This document shows positions 1 to 9,784 of a stretch of 64,000 bases of DNA, in pieces (the stretch's first letter is position 1; the number at the start of each line of letters is the position of its first letter). Under the pieces are notes generated by a model. That model did no database searches. It was not told the DNA's origin and saw only the letters and a list, made by a program, of their open reading frames with translations. The translations under genes were made by a program, and so were the position numbers. The stretch is taken from contig JBBDRK010000067.1 of assembly GCA_040905465.1 (NCBI GenBank), forward strand, positions 19,042-83,041. Direction: 5' to 3'. The stretch comes from Trueperaceae bacterium (GTDB taxonomy: Bacteria; Deinococcota; Deinococci; Deinococcales; Trueperaceae).

Positions 1-90
1 ATCTATCCGGAGGGCGAGCACGTCAACGACAACATTCCCTACAAGTATCGACCGGTCACTGCCGACTGGTTTGCGGAAGCATTGATGTGA
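1..90 (+). CDS. C-terminal end of an alpha/beta hydrolase (FrsA / 2,6-dihydroxypseudooxynicotine hydrolase-like), partial at window edge
   Basis: Frame 1 reads IYPEGEHVNDNIPYKYRPVTADWFAEALM*; the G-x-H catalytic His loop followed by RP..ADW resembles the C-terminus of this family. Confidence 0.55.
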   Translation: MYPEGEHVNDNIPYKYRPVTADWFAEALM

Positions 91-170
91 CTCCAACCGG
101 TTGCGCTGTAGCTGTTTGCGGCTTCGCTGGGAGCACCCTTGCCGGCAACCTCGGCCCGGTTTAACCTCTG

Positions 171-929
171 CTAAACGGTAGCCTCCGCCGCCAACCCTGG
201 CATCTGTTCGTCGAAGAGGCCGCTCGGTATTGCTCGGAGGTATTCTATACACTCCTCGAGCGGCACGACGTCGGCATACTTCTGGTGCATGTCGAACAGG
301 TTGATCTTGTGCGACACCTGGGCACGATCGAAGGTGCACTCCTCAACGACACTCACGCGGTAGTTGTAGGAGAAGGCATCCAAAACCGTTGCCCGCACAC
401 AGCCGCTGGTGCTGGTGCCACACACCAGCAAGGAGTCGGCTCCCAGGTTGACAAGCAGCGAGGCGAACTGCGTACCGAAGAACACGCTGGGTTTGCTCTT
501 GAGCACCACTACGTCCTCGGGCTGTGGGCTAATCTCGTCGACGATGCGGTTGCCGATCCCAGAGTGCTCCTCCCAGTCCTCCGAGCGCCGGTAGTTCTTG
601 TCGCGCCAGCGGCCCGAGTCGAAGCCATCCGGGCGGTACTCCTGACTCGTGCTGTAGAAGATCGGGACGCGTCTCTCGCGAGCTGCGGAAAGGAGTAGCC
701 GCGTCTGGGCCACCGCCTTCCATCCCTCTTCCCCGCAGCTGTTGCGCCAACGCTTCACCGACTCCATGATCGGTTCAGGTTTGTCGCCCACGAAGTTGTA
801 GATCACGTCTATCACCAGCACAATGGGCCTCTTGCCGAATCCCAGTCGTTTTCCGTGCCCGGATGTCGAGAAGAGTTCTTTGTCTCGTTCGCTGATTGAG
901 TCGTCCCAAATTCGTCCTTCAGTCCTCAT
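171..929 (-). CDS. Isochorismatase-family cysteine hydrolase (N-carbamoylsarcosine amidase / maleamate amidohydrolase-like)
   Basis: Motifs VLVID, K..PSVFFGT, GTSTSGCVRAT.LDAFS; start moved to ATG 929 behind AGGAGG. Confidence 0.85.
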   Translation of the reverse strand: MRTEGRIWDDSISERDKELFSTSGHGKRLGFGKRPIVLVIDVIYNFVGDKPEPIMESVKRWRNSCGEEGWKAVAQTRLLLSAARERRVPIFYSTSQEYRPDGFDSGRWRDKNYRRSEDWEEHSGIGNRIVDEISPQPEDVVVLKSKPSVFFGTQFASLLVNLGADSLLVCGTSTSGCVRATVLDAFSYNYRVSVVEECTFDRAQVSHKINLFDMHQKYADVVPLEECIEYLRAIPSGLFDEQMPGLAAEATV

Positions 930-1803
930 GGTGCCCTCCTTCGCGGGTCGTGCCAAGTACCGCACTGCCGAGACGCTCCAGCAGTCTCCGACTCCAGACC
1001 GCAACCATCTCCCGCCTATACTCGGCGCTGGCTCGCAGGTCGTCTCGTGGAGCAATGTCCCGGGTCGACAGTCGTGCTGCCTCACGAATTGCTGCAATCT
1101 CTGGCCTGCTGCCGTTCAGCCGCGCCTCCGTGGATCTCAATCTAAGGGCACTTGCCCCAGCACCGCCCGCGGCAAGACGGACGTCTTCCAGGTGAGAACC
1201 ATCGGCACTCGGCGTAAGGGTACCAGCGACGACTATGAGACCCGGCGCCTCCAGGCTCTGCGGATTGAACTTTTGGAAAGCGCTAACCGTTCCCGCCTGC
1301 CGGGGCGGCAGCAGGATCTCGATGAGCAGTTCATCGGGGCGCCGCGGCTCTTGCAACAGGAATCTCGCGAACTCAAGTGTGCGCTCACCCCTGCTGCTGG
1401 CCAGCCGCATCTGTGCCTGCAGCACCAGCAGCACAGGTGGGATGTCAAAGTCGGCTTCGCCCTGGACCAGGTGGCCACCTAGCGTGGCGGCGCGACGGAT
1501 TCGCTCATTTCCCACGGAGGCTGCGGCAGCAGCCAGGATTGGGGCGTGTCGGATCACCACGGAGTCAGTGGCTAGCGAGTGGAGGCTCACCATACTCCCC
1601 AGGCGCAACTCGCCGTGCCGCTCCAACCCGATTGTCTGCAGAGCGGCCACTCTCCCAAGCCCCACCAACCTCTGCGGAAACTCCGCACCCAATCGTAGGG
1701 CCTGCCCTGTCGCTGTCCCCCCTGCCCACAGGTGTGCTCCGCCGCCGGCCAACTCCTCCAGGACTTCGGGCACCGTGCTGGGGCGAAGAAAGCTGCTCGC
1801 CAT
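919..1803 (-). CDS. Xanthine/CO dehydrogenase family FAD-binding (medium) subunit
   Basis: AGGT, IRRAATLGG, DDLRASAEYRR motifs; follows the small subunit; start at ATG 1803. Confidence 0.85.
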   Translation of the reverse strand: MASSFLRPSTVPEVLEELAGGGAHLWAGGTATGQALRLGAEFPQRLVGLGRVAALQTIGLERHGELRLGSMVSLHSLATDSVVIRHAPILAAAAASVGNERIRRAATLGGHLVQGEADFDIPPVLLVLQAQMRLASSRGERTLEFARFLLQEPRRPDELLIEILLPPRQAGTVSAFQKFNPQSLEAPGLIVVAGTLTPSADGSHLEDVRLAAGGAGASALRLRSTEARLNGSRPEIAAIREAARLSTRDIAPRDDLRASAEYRREMVAVWSRRLLERLGSAVLGTTREGGHHED

Positions 1804-1804
1804 G

Positions 1805-2335
1805 TCAGCCGCTTCCGTTTTCGGAGATCTGCCGGATCGCGCGGAGGATCGAGCCGTAGCCGGTACAGCGGCAGAGGCTGCCTCCCATGCGGTATCTGAT
1901 GGAAGCGTCGTCCGCGTCAGTGAGTTCTCCGGCAAACGCGATTGCAGAGATTACTTGCCCCGGAGTGCAGATGCCGCACTGAATGGCGTCGCATGAGATG
2001 AAGGCATCGAATACGGCGCTGATCCGCTGGGAGGCAATGAGGCCGCGACACGCCTCCTCGCCAGTCGACCTGTCGCTGCCCGCCAGGGCCGCCAGTCCCT
2101 CTATGGTCCATACGTGGCGGCATTCCATTGTGATCATCGGTACGAGGCAGGAGCTCATCGGTTGACCGTCGAGCAGAACCGTGCAGATACCGCAGACACC
2201 GACGGCACAGCCCAGCTTGGTCCCAGTGAGACCAAGTTCGAAGCGTAGAAACTCAGTGAGGAACTGTCCCTCGGGCCGCGCGCACTGGACGTCCTCGCCG
2301 TTGACGGTCAATGCCGTGCCCGGCCGCCCTGTCAC
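1805..2335 (-). CDS. Xanthine/CO dehydrogenase family 2Fe-2S (small) subunit
   Basis: GTKLGCAVGVCGICTV, QCGICTPG and CRCTGY cysteine motifs. Confidence 0.92.
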   Translation of the reverse strand: MTGRPGTALTVNGEDVQCARPEGQFLTEFLRFELGLTGTKLGCAVGVCGICTVLLDGQPMSSCLVPMITMECRHVWTIEGLAALAGSDRSTGEEACRGLIASQRISAVFDAFISCDAIQCGICTPGQVISAIAFAGELTDADDASIRYRMGGSLCRCTGYGSILRAIRQISENGSG

Positions 2336-4629
2336 GGACCGTCACCGCCTGCTTCGCTGCCGGGCACTTGGCCTTCAACTGCAGGCGGCGCGTTGCTGCC
2401 GCCGGATACCCCACGCTGCATTGCAAAGTAGACTTTCTCGGATGTCAGCGGAAGCGAGCGTATGCGGGCTCCTACCGCGTCCGCAATGGCATTGCCAATT
2501 GCCGGTGCGACGGCGACGCCGGCGAGCTCTCCGATTGGCTTGACGTTTCGTTCGCCCAACCCCTTCCCGCCACGAACCATGACGACGACCTGCTTGGGAG
2601 TGTCGCGTACGGAAGGCAGGAGGTACTTCCCCAACTGCGATGCAGCGACCAACCCGTCGACGATAGCCAGATCCTCCATCATCGCCTGCCCCAAGCCCAT
2701 TACTGCTGCTCCTTCGATCTGTCCAAGGTGTCCGGCCTCGTTTATGACCTCCGCAACGTCGGCAGCAGTGATTAGCTCATTGACGATGACCTCGCCGGTT
2801 TCACGGTCCACCAGCACGGTAGCGACCTGCGTGCAGACGCTTATGAGCGGCTGCTTATCGCGGTGGTCCGCGCGTCCCAGGAACCAGTGACCGGGGTTGC
2901 GTAACGCCAATGCGGACAGGACTTCCGACCACTCTCGGGCGCTGAACTCGACCCGGTCAGTTGCACCCGATGATCCGCGCCCATCCCGGCTGCCAATCTG
3001 TGTATGGGTTTCGCCCAGTTCCGTGCGCAACTCGCGACAGGCCACGATCAGCGCCTCGCTGGCGTCGACCGTGACCCGGCTTGCGCCCACGCCAAAGTCC
3101 CGCTTCAGTTCCGACTGCTCTGCCTGCCTGACCGTGACCAGCTCGCGGGGAATTCCCAGCTCGGTGCGCACTACTCGCTCAGCCACCGTTTGCTGGCCGC
3201 CACCTTGATCGGGAAACGGAACCCATATCGTGAGCCTGCCTTCCGTGGTTGGCTCCAACGCTACCTCCGCGGCTCCACTGTGCACCTGTTGGCAGAACAT
3301 CGCCACTCCTGCACCGGCGGCCCACTCCTCTCCCGCCTCCCTCCGACTGGGCGGATTGACTTCGGAAAGCGCGCCCTGAGCTGCGGTTAGTGTCTCGTCT
3401 GCCCTCATCTCCAACCACTGTTCTCCGAGGTTTCCCGGCTGGCCGGTGTGCAGGAGATTGATACGCCTGAACTCGAACGGGTCCAGTTCGAGCTCGCGGG
3501 CAACTTCGTCGAGGAGAGACTCGACCGCGAAGGTAACTTGCTGGGCGCCCGGTGCCCTGACGTGTCCTCTAGGGACGGTGTGGGAGTAGGCGATTCGGCT
3601 ACGGATCTGCAGGGCCGGAATTCGGTAGGTCGCACCGGCCAGCCGCAGGTTGAACAGTTGCACCTGAGGGTTGGGTTTGAATCCGGCGTAGGCTCCACCG
3701 TCGAGCACGATGTCGACGTCCAGCGCAGTAAGCCGATTGTCGTCGTCCACTCCCAGCCGGACACAGGTCGTGGCGGAGTGGGAGGGGTTGGTGGCTGTCA
3801 ACTCCTCGCCGTAGCTCGCCTCGATCCGCACTGGTTGTCCCAGTCGCCTGGAGAGGGCTATGCAGAGCGGCACGTCCATCGGCGAGCCCTTGCCGCCGAA
3901 GTCACCGCCGACTGCTACTGGATGGATACGAATGGGAACGGTATCGCTCTCCAGCCACGCGACGAGCTGCTCTCGGAGAATACTGGGTGACTTATTGCTC
4001 GCCCACACGTCGATTGCTTCGGGTTCAGCGCTGACCAGGCAGACGTGAGCCTCGAGGTATCCCTGGTGACGAGACGGGACCTGGTAGCTTGCCTGGAACG
4101 TGCGGGTCGAGGAGGCCAGCACCGACTCGACATCCGGACCATTCCGCCATATCGCGCTGGACTGAAGGTTGTGGCCGTCCTCGGCAGTAATTACCGCGCC
4201 CGGGTACGCCCAGGGCGCTTCATGAACCAGCGGGGAGCCGGGAACAAGGGCATCAGACGCGACCGTGGCCGCTTCGAGCGGTTCATACTCCACTCGCACC
4301 AGCGCGGCTACTTCCCGGGCCAACTCCTTGCTCTCGGCGACTACTGCCGCAACCCGCTCGCCGGCGAATCGCGCCACGCCTCTAGCCAATACCGGCACGT
4401 CGCGAACCCGCCGCCCGTAAGTGGGCAAGGCGAGGTCGTCTCCGGTGACGACGGCTAGAGCGCCGGCAGCAATTGCTTCACTACCGTCGATCGACTTTAC
4501 GCGTGCATGCGGATATGGACTCCTTATCAATGCGACGTGTCCAGTGCCCGGAAGTAGGAAATCTCCCGCAAAGGTCTTGCGGCCCGTAACGCTGTCGCGG
4601 GCACCGACTCTCGCCGTATCTTCATCCAT
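2332..4629 (-). CDS. Xanthine dehydrogenase family molybdopterin-binding (large) subunit
   Basis: RSPYPHA, VGGDFGGKG, DGGAY, RAPG, GQIEG...GLG, KPIGE motifs; 765 aa. Confidence 0.92.
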   Translation of the reverse strand: MDEDTARVGARDSVTGRKTFAGDFLLPGTGHVALIRSPYPHARVKSIDGSEAIAAGALAVVTGDDLALPTYGRRVRDVPVLARGVARFAGERVAAVVAESKELAREVAALVRVEYEPLEAATVASDALVPGSPLVHEAPWAYPGAVITAEDGHNLQSSAIWRNGPDVESVLASSTRTFQASYQVPSRHQGYLEAHVCLVSAEPEAIDVWASNKSPSILREQLVAWLESDTVPIRIHPVAVGGDFGGKGSPMDVPLCIALSRRLGQPVRIEASYGEELTATNPSHSATTCVRLGVDDDNRLTALDVDIVLDGGAYAGFKPNPQVQLFNLRLAGATYRIPALQIRSRIAYSHTVPRGHVRAPGAQQVTFAVESLLDEVARELELDPFEFRRINLLHTGQPGNLGEQWLEMRADETLTAAQGALSEVNPPSRREAGEEWAAGAGVAMFCQQVHSGAAEVALEPTTEGRLTIWVPFPDQGGGQQTVAERVVRTELGIPRELVTVRQAEQSELKRDFGVGASRVTVDASEALIVACRELRTELGETHTQIGSRDGRGSSGATDRVEFSAREWSEVLSALALRNPGHWFLGRADHRDKQPLISVCTQVATVLVDRETGEVIVNELITAADVAEVINEAGHLGQIEGAAVMGLGQAMMEDLAIVDGLVAASQLGKYLLPSVRDTPKQVVVMVRGGKGLGERNVKPIGELAGVAVAPAIGNAIADAVGARIRSLPLTSEKVYFAMQRGVSGGSNAPPAVEGQVPGSEAGGDGP

Positions 4630-4749
4630 GGCAGACGATCAGGTGGGCCCCAAGGAGCCAAGGAGCTGATCGTACCGGGGATCTGAGGTCACACTTCGAC
4701 CTGTCGCTCTCCACACTTTCTGACCCGCAATCTACGGTGGCTCCGAGAG

Positions 4750-4778
4750 GAGACGCGGTGCCACGGGCCCCGCGTCTC
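4750..4778 (-). terminator. Stem-loop downstream of the binding-protein gene
   Basis: GAGACGCGG...CCGCGTCTC inverted repeat just after the stop codon; no long U-tract. Confidence 0.45.
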
Positions 4779-4792
4779 TGGCTTCTCGCCGG

Positions 4793-6331
4793 TCAGCGAG
4801 TCGCTTCCCAGAAGATTGGGATTTCGGTTCCAGGGAGTATTTTGATTCCGCCTATGTCAGCCTGCTGCACGATGAATATCGCCGCCCGGAACGTGAAGAG
4901 CCAAGGAGCGTCTTCCCAGACGATACGCTGGAACTCCTCATAGACCTCGGCTCGTCTCTCGGTATCGAACTCATTTGCGCCCTCGTTAAGTAGCCTGTCC
5001 GCCTCTGGGTTGCTGTAGCCGCCCGGATTCCACAACCTGCCCGCGAAAGGAGTGGACAGGGTGCGGCGAAAGCTGTTGTCGGGGTCACCGGTAGACCCAC
5101 CCCAGCCCAGCATGAACAGGCTGAAGTCGCCGGACTCTACCCGTTCGACGTATGAGGGCCAGTCACTGATCGCCTGCAAGTCGACGTCAAATCCGACCTC
5201 GCGCAGGTAACCGGCCACCGCCTGCGCCGCCTCAGAGTCCTGTGGATAGCGCCCAACTGGCGAAAGCATCGTAATCTGGGCGCCCACAGCGCCGGCTTCA
5301 TCGAGCAACTCCCGTGCGCGTTCGGGGTCGTATTCGTAAAAACCCACGGACGTTGCGTACTGCACTGTTTCGACGAGGGATTGCGCCGGAACGCCGGCTC
5401 CAAATAGGACCCGGTCAATGATCGCTTGCTTGTTCACCGCATAGTTTGCGGCCAGCCTCACTGCTTGTTGATCGAAGGGAGGTTCTGTCACGTTGAACGG
5501 GAAGATCATGTTGCGGCCGTTAACGCGTTCGACCGTCAGTTCCTCGTTGGCTTCCAGCCGCTCCACATCGGAGGGAAGCACGCGCAGCGCGACGTCTGCC
5601 TGGCCCGAGTCGATCATCAGCGCCCGGGTAGTCGCGTCACCGATGAACAGGAAGTTGATGTTCTCGAAGTGGGGCTCGCCGCCATAGTAGTCTGCGTTGC
5701 GCGTGACGGCGATTCGGTCGCCGGTCACCCATTCGACGAAGCTGTAAGGACCTGATCCCACGGGCCTCTGCCCGAATTCGTCACCAAGGCTCTCCACGGC
5801 CGGCTGGCTGAGGATGGCGGCGTCGGGGTGAGCCAGGTTGTTGCGCAAGGCTGGGTATACCTCGCTTGTCACCAGAGTGATTTGGGTTTCACTGTCAACC
5901 CGCACGTCCTCAATCTGTTCGTAGAGCACTCGCTGCTCACAGTTGCTCTCGCGCATGTGTTCAATCGTGAACTTTACCGACTCCGCGGTAAGCGGAGTGC
6001 CGTCGTGGAAGGTGACCCCTGGACGCAGCTGCAATGTCCAGGTGGTGCCATCCTCGCTTACGGATTCGCTCTCGACGAGATCGGGCTGCGGCTGCATCTG
6101 TTCGTCGAATGTGTAGAGCCGGCTATAGATGTGATACTTCAACATGTTCTGGTCGCCACTTACCGTGTTGCACACGGAGAGCGAGGGGAACTCGGAGGGT
6201 ACCAGAACTGTTAAGTCATCGCCGCGAGCGTGCTGGGCCATGAGCAGGAGAAGTCCGAGCGCCAGCAATGCCAAACGGACTGGCATGCGCTCGATGAGGG
6301 GGGGTGATACGGCTGAACTGGTGTCTTTCAC
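4793..6331 (-). CDS. ABC transporter substrate-binding protein, family 5 (Dpp/Opp/Gsi-like), no adjacent permease
   Basis: LRPGVTFHDGTPLTAESVKFT, PVGSGPY, WNPGGYSNP; signal peptide; GTG 6331 behind AAGGAGGT. Confidence 0.88.
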   Translation of the reverse strand: MKDTSSAVSPPLIERMPVRLALLALGLLLLMAQHARGDDLTVLVPSEFPSLSVCNTVSGDQNMLKYHIYSRLYTFDEQMQPQPDLVESESVSEDGTTWTLQLRPGVTFHDGTPLTAESVKFTIEHMRESNCEQRVLYEQIEDVRVDSETQITLVTSEVYPALRNNLAHPDAAILSQPAVESLGDEFGQRPVGSGPYSFVEWVTGDRIAVTRNADYYGGEPHFENINFLFIGDATTRALMIDSGQADVALRVLPSDVERLEANEELTVERVNGRNMIFPFNVTEPPFDQQAVRLAANYAVNKQAIIDRVLFGAGVPAQSLVETVQYATSVGFYEYDPERARELLDEAGAVGAQITMLSPVGRYPQDSEAAQAVAGYLREVGFDVDLQAISDWPSYVERVESGDFSLFMLGWGGSTGDPDNSFRRTLSTPFAGRLWNPGGYSNPEADRLLNEGANEFDTERRAEVYEEFQRIVWEDAPWLFTFRAAIFIVQQADIGGIKILPGTEIPIFWEATR

Positions 6332-6428
6332 AATCCGACCTCCTTGGATGACGACGGGCTTCAATGCCTGCTTCGACATTGCAAAACCTTCGCGGTGTCT
6401 AGTCACCTTGCCGTGAGATTCGGTGCAA

Positions 6429-6480
6429 CTTATATTCTATAGTCTATGGGTTATAATAATCCATCGGGAGTGTTTGTCAA
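6429..6480 (-). promoter_or_regulatory. Sigma70-type promoter region with AT-rich candidate operator for the SBP/Mo-hydroxylase unit
   Basis: TTGACA on the minus strand (6475-6480), an AT-rich -10 region (TATTATAA), then CATAGACTATAGAATATAAG. Confidence 0.5.
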
Positions 6481-6527
6481 GCCGCTCCCACTTCAAGTTG
6501 GACTGCCAAGCCCAAACTACTCCGCTG

Positions 6528-7475
6528 TTAGACCAAGCCCTCGCTGCCAAGCGCAAACATGCTAGCCAGGTCCACAGGGCGCTGAATCAGGCGCTGGGCG
6601 AGGAGGTAATCTCCCAACTTCTTCAGCGTCCGAATGTTGTTCGAGGTAAGGCCATAGGGTAGTGGATCACCCTGGAATAACTGATCGATTTCGTCCCAGG
6701 CGACTCTTCCCCATGGCAATGTCGACCTTGAAAGCCGGCGGGAAAAAGCCACCTGCTTGCTCGACGAATACGCCTTGAAGAGCATTTCCGACAACTCCGG
6801 CACGGTATCGAGTTTGTCAGTTTTCACCACGACAGTGTGCATGATTGGGTGGATGCCAGTTGACAAAAAGTACTCGCGCTCAACTTGCGTTACGTCCGGA
6901 AACAGCCTGCGAACAGGTGGGATTTCGTTAACGCCGAGCGATTGCTTTGGACCCGAGGGCAGGATCAGGGCATCCAGTCGCCCCGATATCAGCTCGTCCA
7001 GGAGATCACCGGTTGCGGCCCTCACTTCAATAGAGGGCGGCAAGGGCATACGACTGCCCGAAGTGAACCACTCGATGGAGCGCCAGTCCACTCCGTAGTG
7101 CTCGTAAAGAATTCCGCGCACCCAGACCGCAGCGGTCATCGCATAGTCGGGCACCCCTAACCTCAGGCCTTCCAACTGCCTTGGATCGTTCAGGTTCGAG
7201 TTAGCCGCGACGTACACGGCGGAGTGCCGGAATGCCCGGTAGGGGAAGATCGGAAGTGCGCAGAGCCACTGCTCACCACGAGCACGGAGCATCATGTAGT
7301 TGGAGAGAGACATCTCGCAAGCGTCGTAGGACCGATCGGAAATCATTCGTCTGAAGATGTCAACGACCGGGTCGGTCTGGTACTCGAGAGCCAGTTTGCC
7401 CCACCTACCAGTCAGGCTTAGCGTGTGTTCATAGTCGCCTCCGTGGAGCGTAAGTTCGTAACGAAGCTTGTCCAT
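6528..7475 (-). CDS. 4,5-dihydroxyphthalate decarboxylase-like protein
   Basis: DYEHT, IFRRM, DACEMSLS, LPIFPYRAFRHSAVYV, GVPDYAMTAAVWVRGIL, GIHPIMHTVV, DPLPYGL..N are characteristic of this family. Confidence 0.8.
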   Translation of the reverse strand: MDKLRYELTLHGGDYEHTLSLTGRWGKLALEYQTDPVVDIFRRMISDRSYDACEMSLSNYMMLRARGEQWLCALPIFPYRAFRHSAVYVAANSNLNDPRQLEGLRLGVPDYAMTAAVWVRGILYEHYGVDWRSIEWFTSGSRMPLPPSIEVRAATGDLLDELISGRLDALILPSGPKQSLGVNEIPPVRRLFPDVTQVEREYFLSTGIHPIMHTVVVKTDKLDTVPELSEMLFKAYSSSKQVAFSRRLSRSTLPWGRVAWDEIDQLFQGDPLPYGLTSNNIRTLKKLGDYLLAQRLIQRPVDLASMFALGSEGLV

Positions 7476-7726
7476 GCTGCTATGACGGGGCACGGTTGCT
7501 GTCGAAAGCAACGGCTCTCCCATTCCTGACCGCCACTACCCTCTGCACACCATCAGGTTGCATTCCCTCAGGCAGAAACCAGTCAGCATTCGCTCTCAAA
7601 CCGATAGGACCTGCGGCCGAGCAATTCGTTGCCAGATACCCATTGTCAGGGAAAGGAAGATTGTTCATTTCAGAAGCTTAGCAAGCCCGGGGGATGTGAA
7701 TTCACGGCACTGCAGTGGCGGCGGAG

Positions 7727-8713
7727 CTACGGAGCCGAAACGGACACTTCGAGCCCGAGCCGCGATGACTCCTCGGCGGCAAAAAGTGACGCCATAACGT
7801 GCCTCGCATCCCTGCCGGTGATAGCTGGTCGAGTACCGGTGGCAACCGCACGTTGGAACTCCTGCCATTCGAGGACCAGAGCTTCATCAGCCCAGTGAGC
7901 CGAGCCGGACTCGGGGAGTTTCGTCCACACTTCGTCCTGTCCTACACTCACGCCTTCGACCGAGTGAATTCGAATCACGCCATTCGTGCATGTGATCTCG
8001 GTTCCGTGTTCGGGAGCGCCGTTATCGTAGCCAACGCTGTGAACGGTGCCAGCGGCACCGCTCTCGTATCGGAAGAACATTACGCCATGGTCGTCCGCTC
8101 GCTGTTCGTGGAAGCTGGTGTCGAACTGGGCGCTAACCGAAGTTACCGGGGAGCCGATCAGCCAGTGAAGGCGATCGACGGCATGAATCCCGCCGGTGAG
8201 CAATACCCCGCCGCCCTGCTCCCTGTCGAGGTGCCATTGCCGCCTGTTGGGTTCGAACCACCGCTTCCTCATTACGGCGTGTCCGGCTACCGGCGCGCCA
8301 AGATCTCCCGCTTCAATCATCGCCTTGGCCAACCGAAACGCTCGCGAGAAGCGGGTGACGTGCCCTAGCATCAGGGTGACGCCGCGGCCTTCCACCGTCG
8401 CCAGGATTTCATCGCACTCTGCCAGGCTCACCGCCATTGGTTTTTCGAGCAAGATGTGCTTGCCCGCTTGTGCAGCCGCAACAGCAATCTGGCCGTGCGT
8501 TGCGTGTGGCGTCGCAATCACGACGGCTTCGACCCGGGGATCGGAGAGGAGTAGATCATAGTCCGTGTAGGCTTCGAAGTCGAACTCTTGGGCCAGGGGG
8601 CGTAAGGCGTCCATGTTCGTGCGGCAAGCTGCCACCAGGTCGACTCCTGCCGCCTTCATGGCAACCGCGTGCTTCTCGCCAAAGAAGCCGGCGCCTATGA
8701 TGCCCGCCTTCAC
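7727..8713 (-). CDS. Gfo/Idh/MocA family oxidoreductase
   Basis: GIIGAG, IATPHATH, GKHILLEKP, GGGVL..GIHAVD. Confidence 0.9.
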   Translation of the reverse strand: MKAGIIGAGFFGEKHAVAMKAAGVDLVAACRTNMDALRPLAQEFDFEAYTDYDLLLSDPRVEAVVIATPHATHGQIAVAAAQAGKHILLEKPMAVSLAECDEILATVEGRGVTLMLGHVTRFSRAFRLAKAMIEAGDLGAPVAGHAVMRKRWFEPNRRQWHLDREQGGGVLLTGGIHAVDRLHWLIGSPVTSVSAQFDTSFHEQRADDHGVMFFRYESGAAGTVHSVGYDNGAPEHGTEITCTNGVIRIHSVEGVSVGQDEVWTKLPESGSAHWADEALVLEWQEFQRAVATGTRPAITGRDARHVMASLFAAEESSRLGLEVSVSAP

Positions 8714-9702
8714 GCGCCCACGTGCACGCGCCTACCGGCCGCATATGCTGCATCGACGAGGCGCGTCGCCTGCAGATAGTCGTCGAGCGAAATCCGCGGG
8801 GGAAGGCCGTCGCTTACCCGGCGCAAGACGTCGGCTATGAACTCGTCGTAGCGACTTCGAACATTTGGAATCGAGATAGTTTCATCTACGCCATCGTCTA
8901 AGGTAGCTACTCTCATTGTATTGTTGCGGTCCACGAGATAGGCATTTGTCGTCGCGACCCGCCACTCGGTGTCACTACCTGACATTGCCGCGAGGCTGTA
9001 GCCCGCCTCTATCGTGGCGAGAGCTCCGGAATCACTTTCGACGGTTACGCTGGCGAAGCACTCGATCTTCGGCGAAGAAGGCGCATAACTGAACAGGGCA
9101 GAACGCACATGCGCCGGCGCCCCACCCGTGAACTGAAGGAACGCGTCGAAGGCATGGATGCCAAGGTTGCGAAGCGGTCCTCCGCCAGACTGAGATGGAT
9201 CCAGCATCCACTCCACGCCCATCACGCGGTATCGGTCCGCGGAGCCGTTGACCACCCGGAAGTGGGCGTGTAGCCGTTCCCCAAAACGGCCCTCCGATTC
9301 CAGTAGGTCGAGCCGGTTCCACAACTCGCTATAACGATTTACGAGAGGCATGGTTACGAACAGATTCTGGCGGCGCGATTCTGCCACGAGAGGCTGCACC
9401 TGCTCAGCTGATAACCCCAGCGGCTTCTCGACCACCATGGGGATGCCGGCCTGGATGACGCTTTGTGCTAGTGCCAGTACCTCCGTGGGCCGTCCCATTG
9501 CAACCACCAGATCTGGCCGATCGGCTGCCAACAGCGCGTCCAAGTCTGCGAAAGGGCGCGCTTCTGACTCTCTTGCGACTCTCTCTCGGACTACTTCATT
9601 GGCGTCCATCACTGCCGTGATCTGTGCTCCTGCCAACTGCAAGGCCGGGATGTGCATCGCGGAGTGCCAATGTGAGACACCCACGACGGCAACCTTTAGC
9701 AT
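8710..9702 (-). CDS. Gfo/Idh/MocA family oxidoreductase
   Basis: VAVVGVSHWH, VEKP, SGGGPLRNLGIHAFD; ATG 9702 behind GAGGAG. Confidence 0.88.
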   Translation of the reverse strand: MLKVAVVGVSHWHSAMHIPALQLAGAQITAVMDANEVVRERVARESEARPFADLDALLAADRPDLVVAMGRPTEVLALAQSVIQAGIPMVVEKPLGLSAEQVQPLVAESRRQNLFVTMPLVNRYSELWNRLDLLESEGRFGERLHAHFRVVNGSADRYRVMGVEWMLDPSQSGGGPLRNLGIHAFDAFLQFTGGAPAHVRSALFSYAPSSPKIECFASVTVESDSGALATIEAGYSLAAMSGSDTEWRVATTNAYLVDRNNTMRVATLDDGVDETISIPNVRSRYDEFIADVLRRVSDGLPPRISLDDYLQATRLVDAAYAAGRRVHVGA

Positions 9703-9784
9703 CTCTGTGAACTCCTCTCGCTCGCTTTCGGCCAGTCGCCGGCCGCCCGAAGGCTGCTCGGCTCCGAGTTCCACCGTCCAGGGC

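Noticed and set aside
2332-4629. Aerobic CO dehydrogenase (coxL)
   Set aside because: No AYXCSFR or AYRGAGR loop and no cox accessory genes
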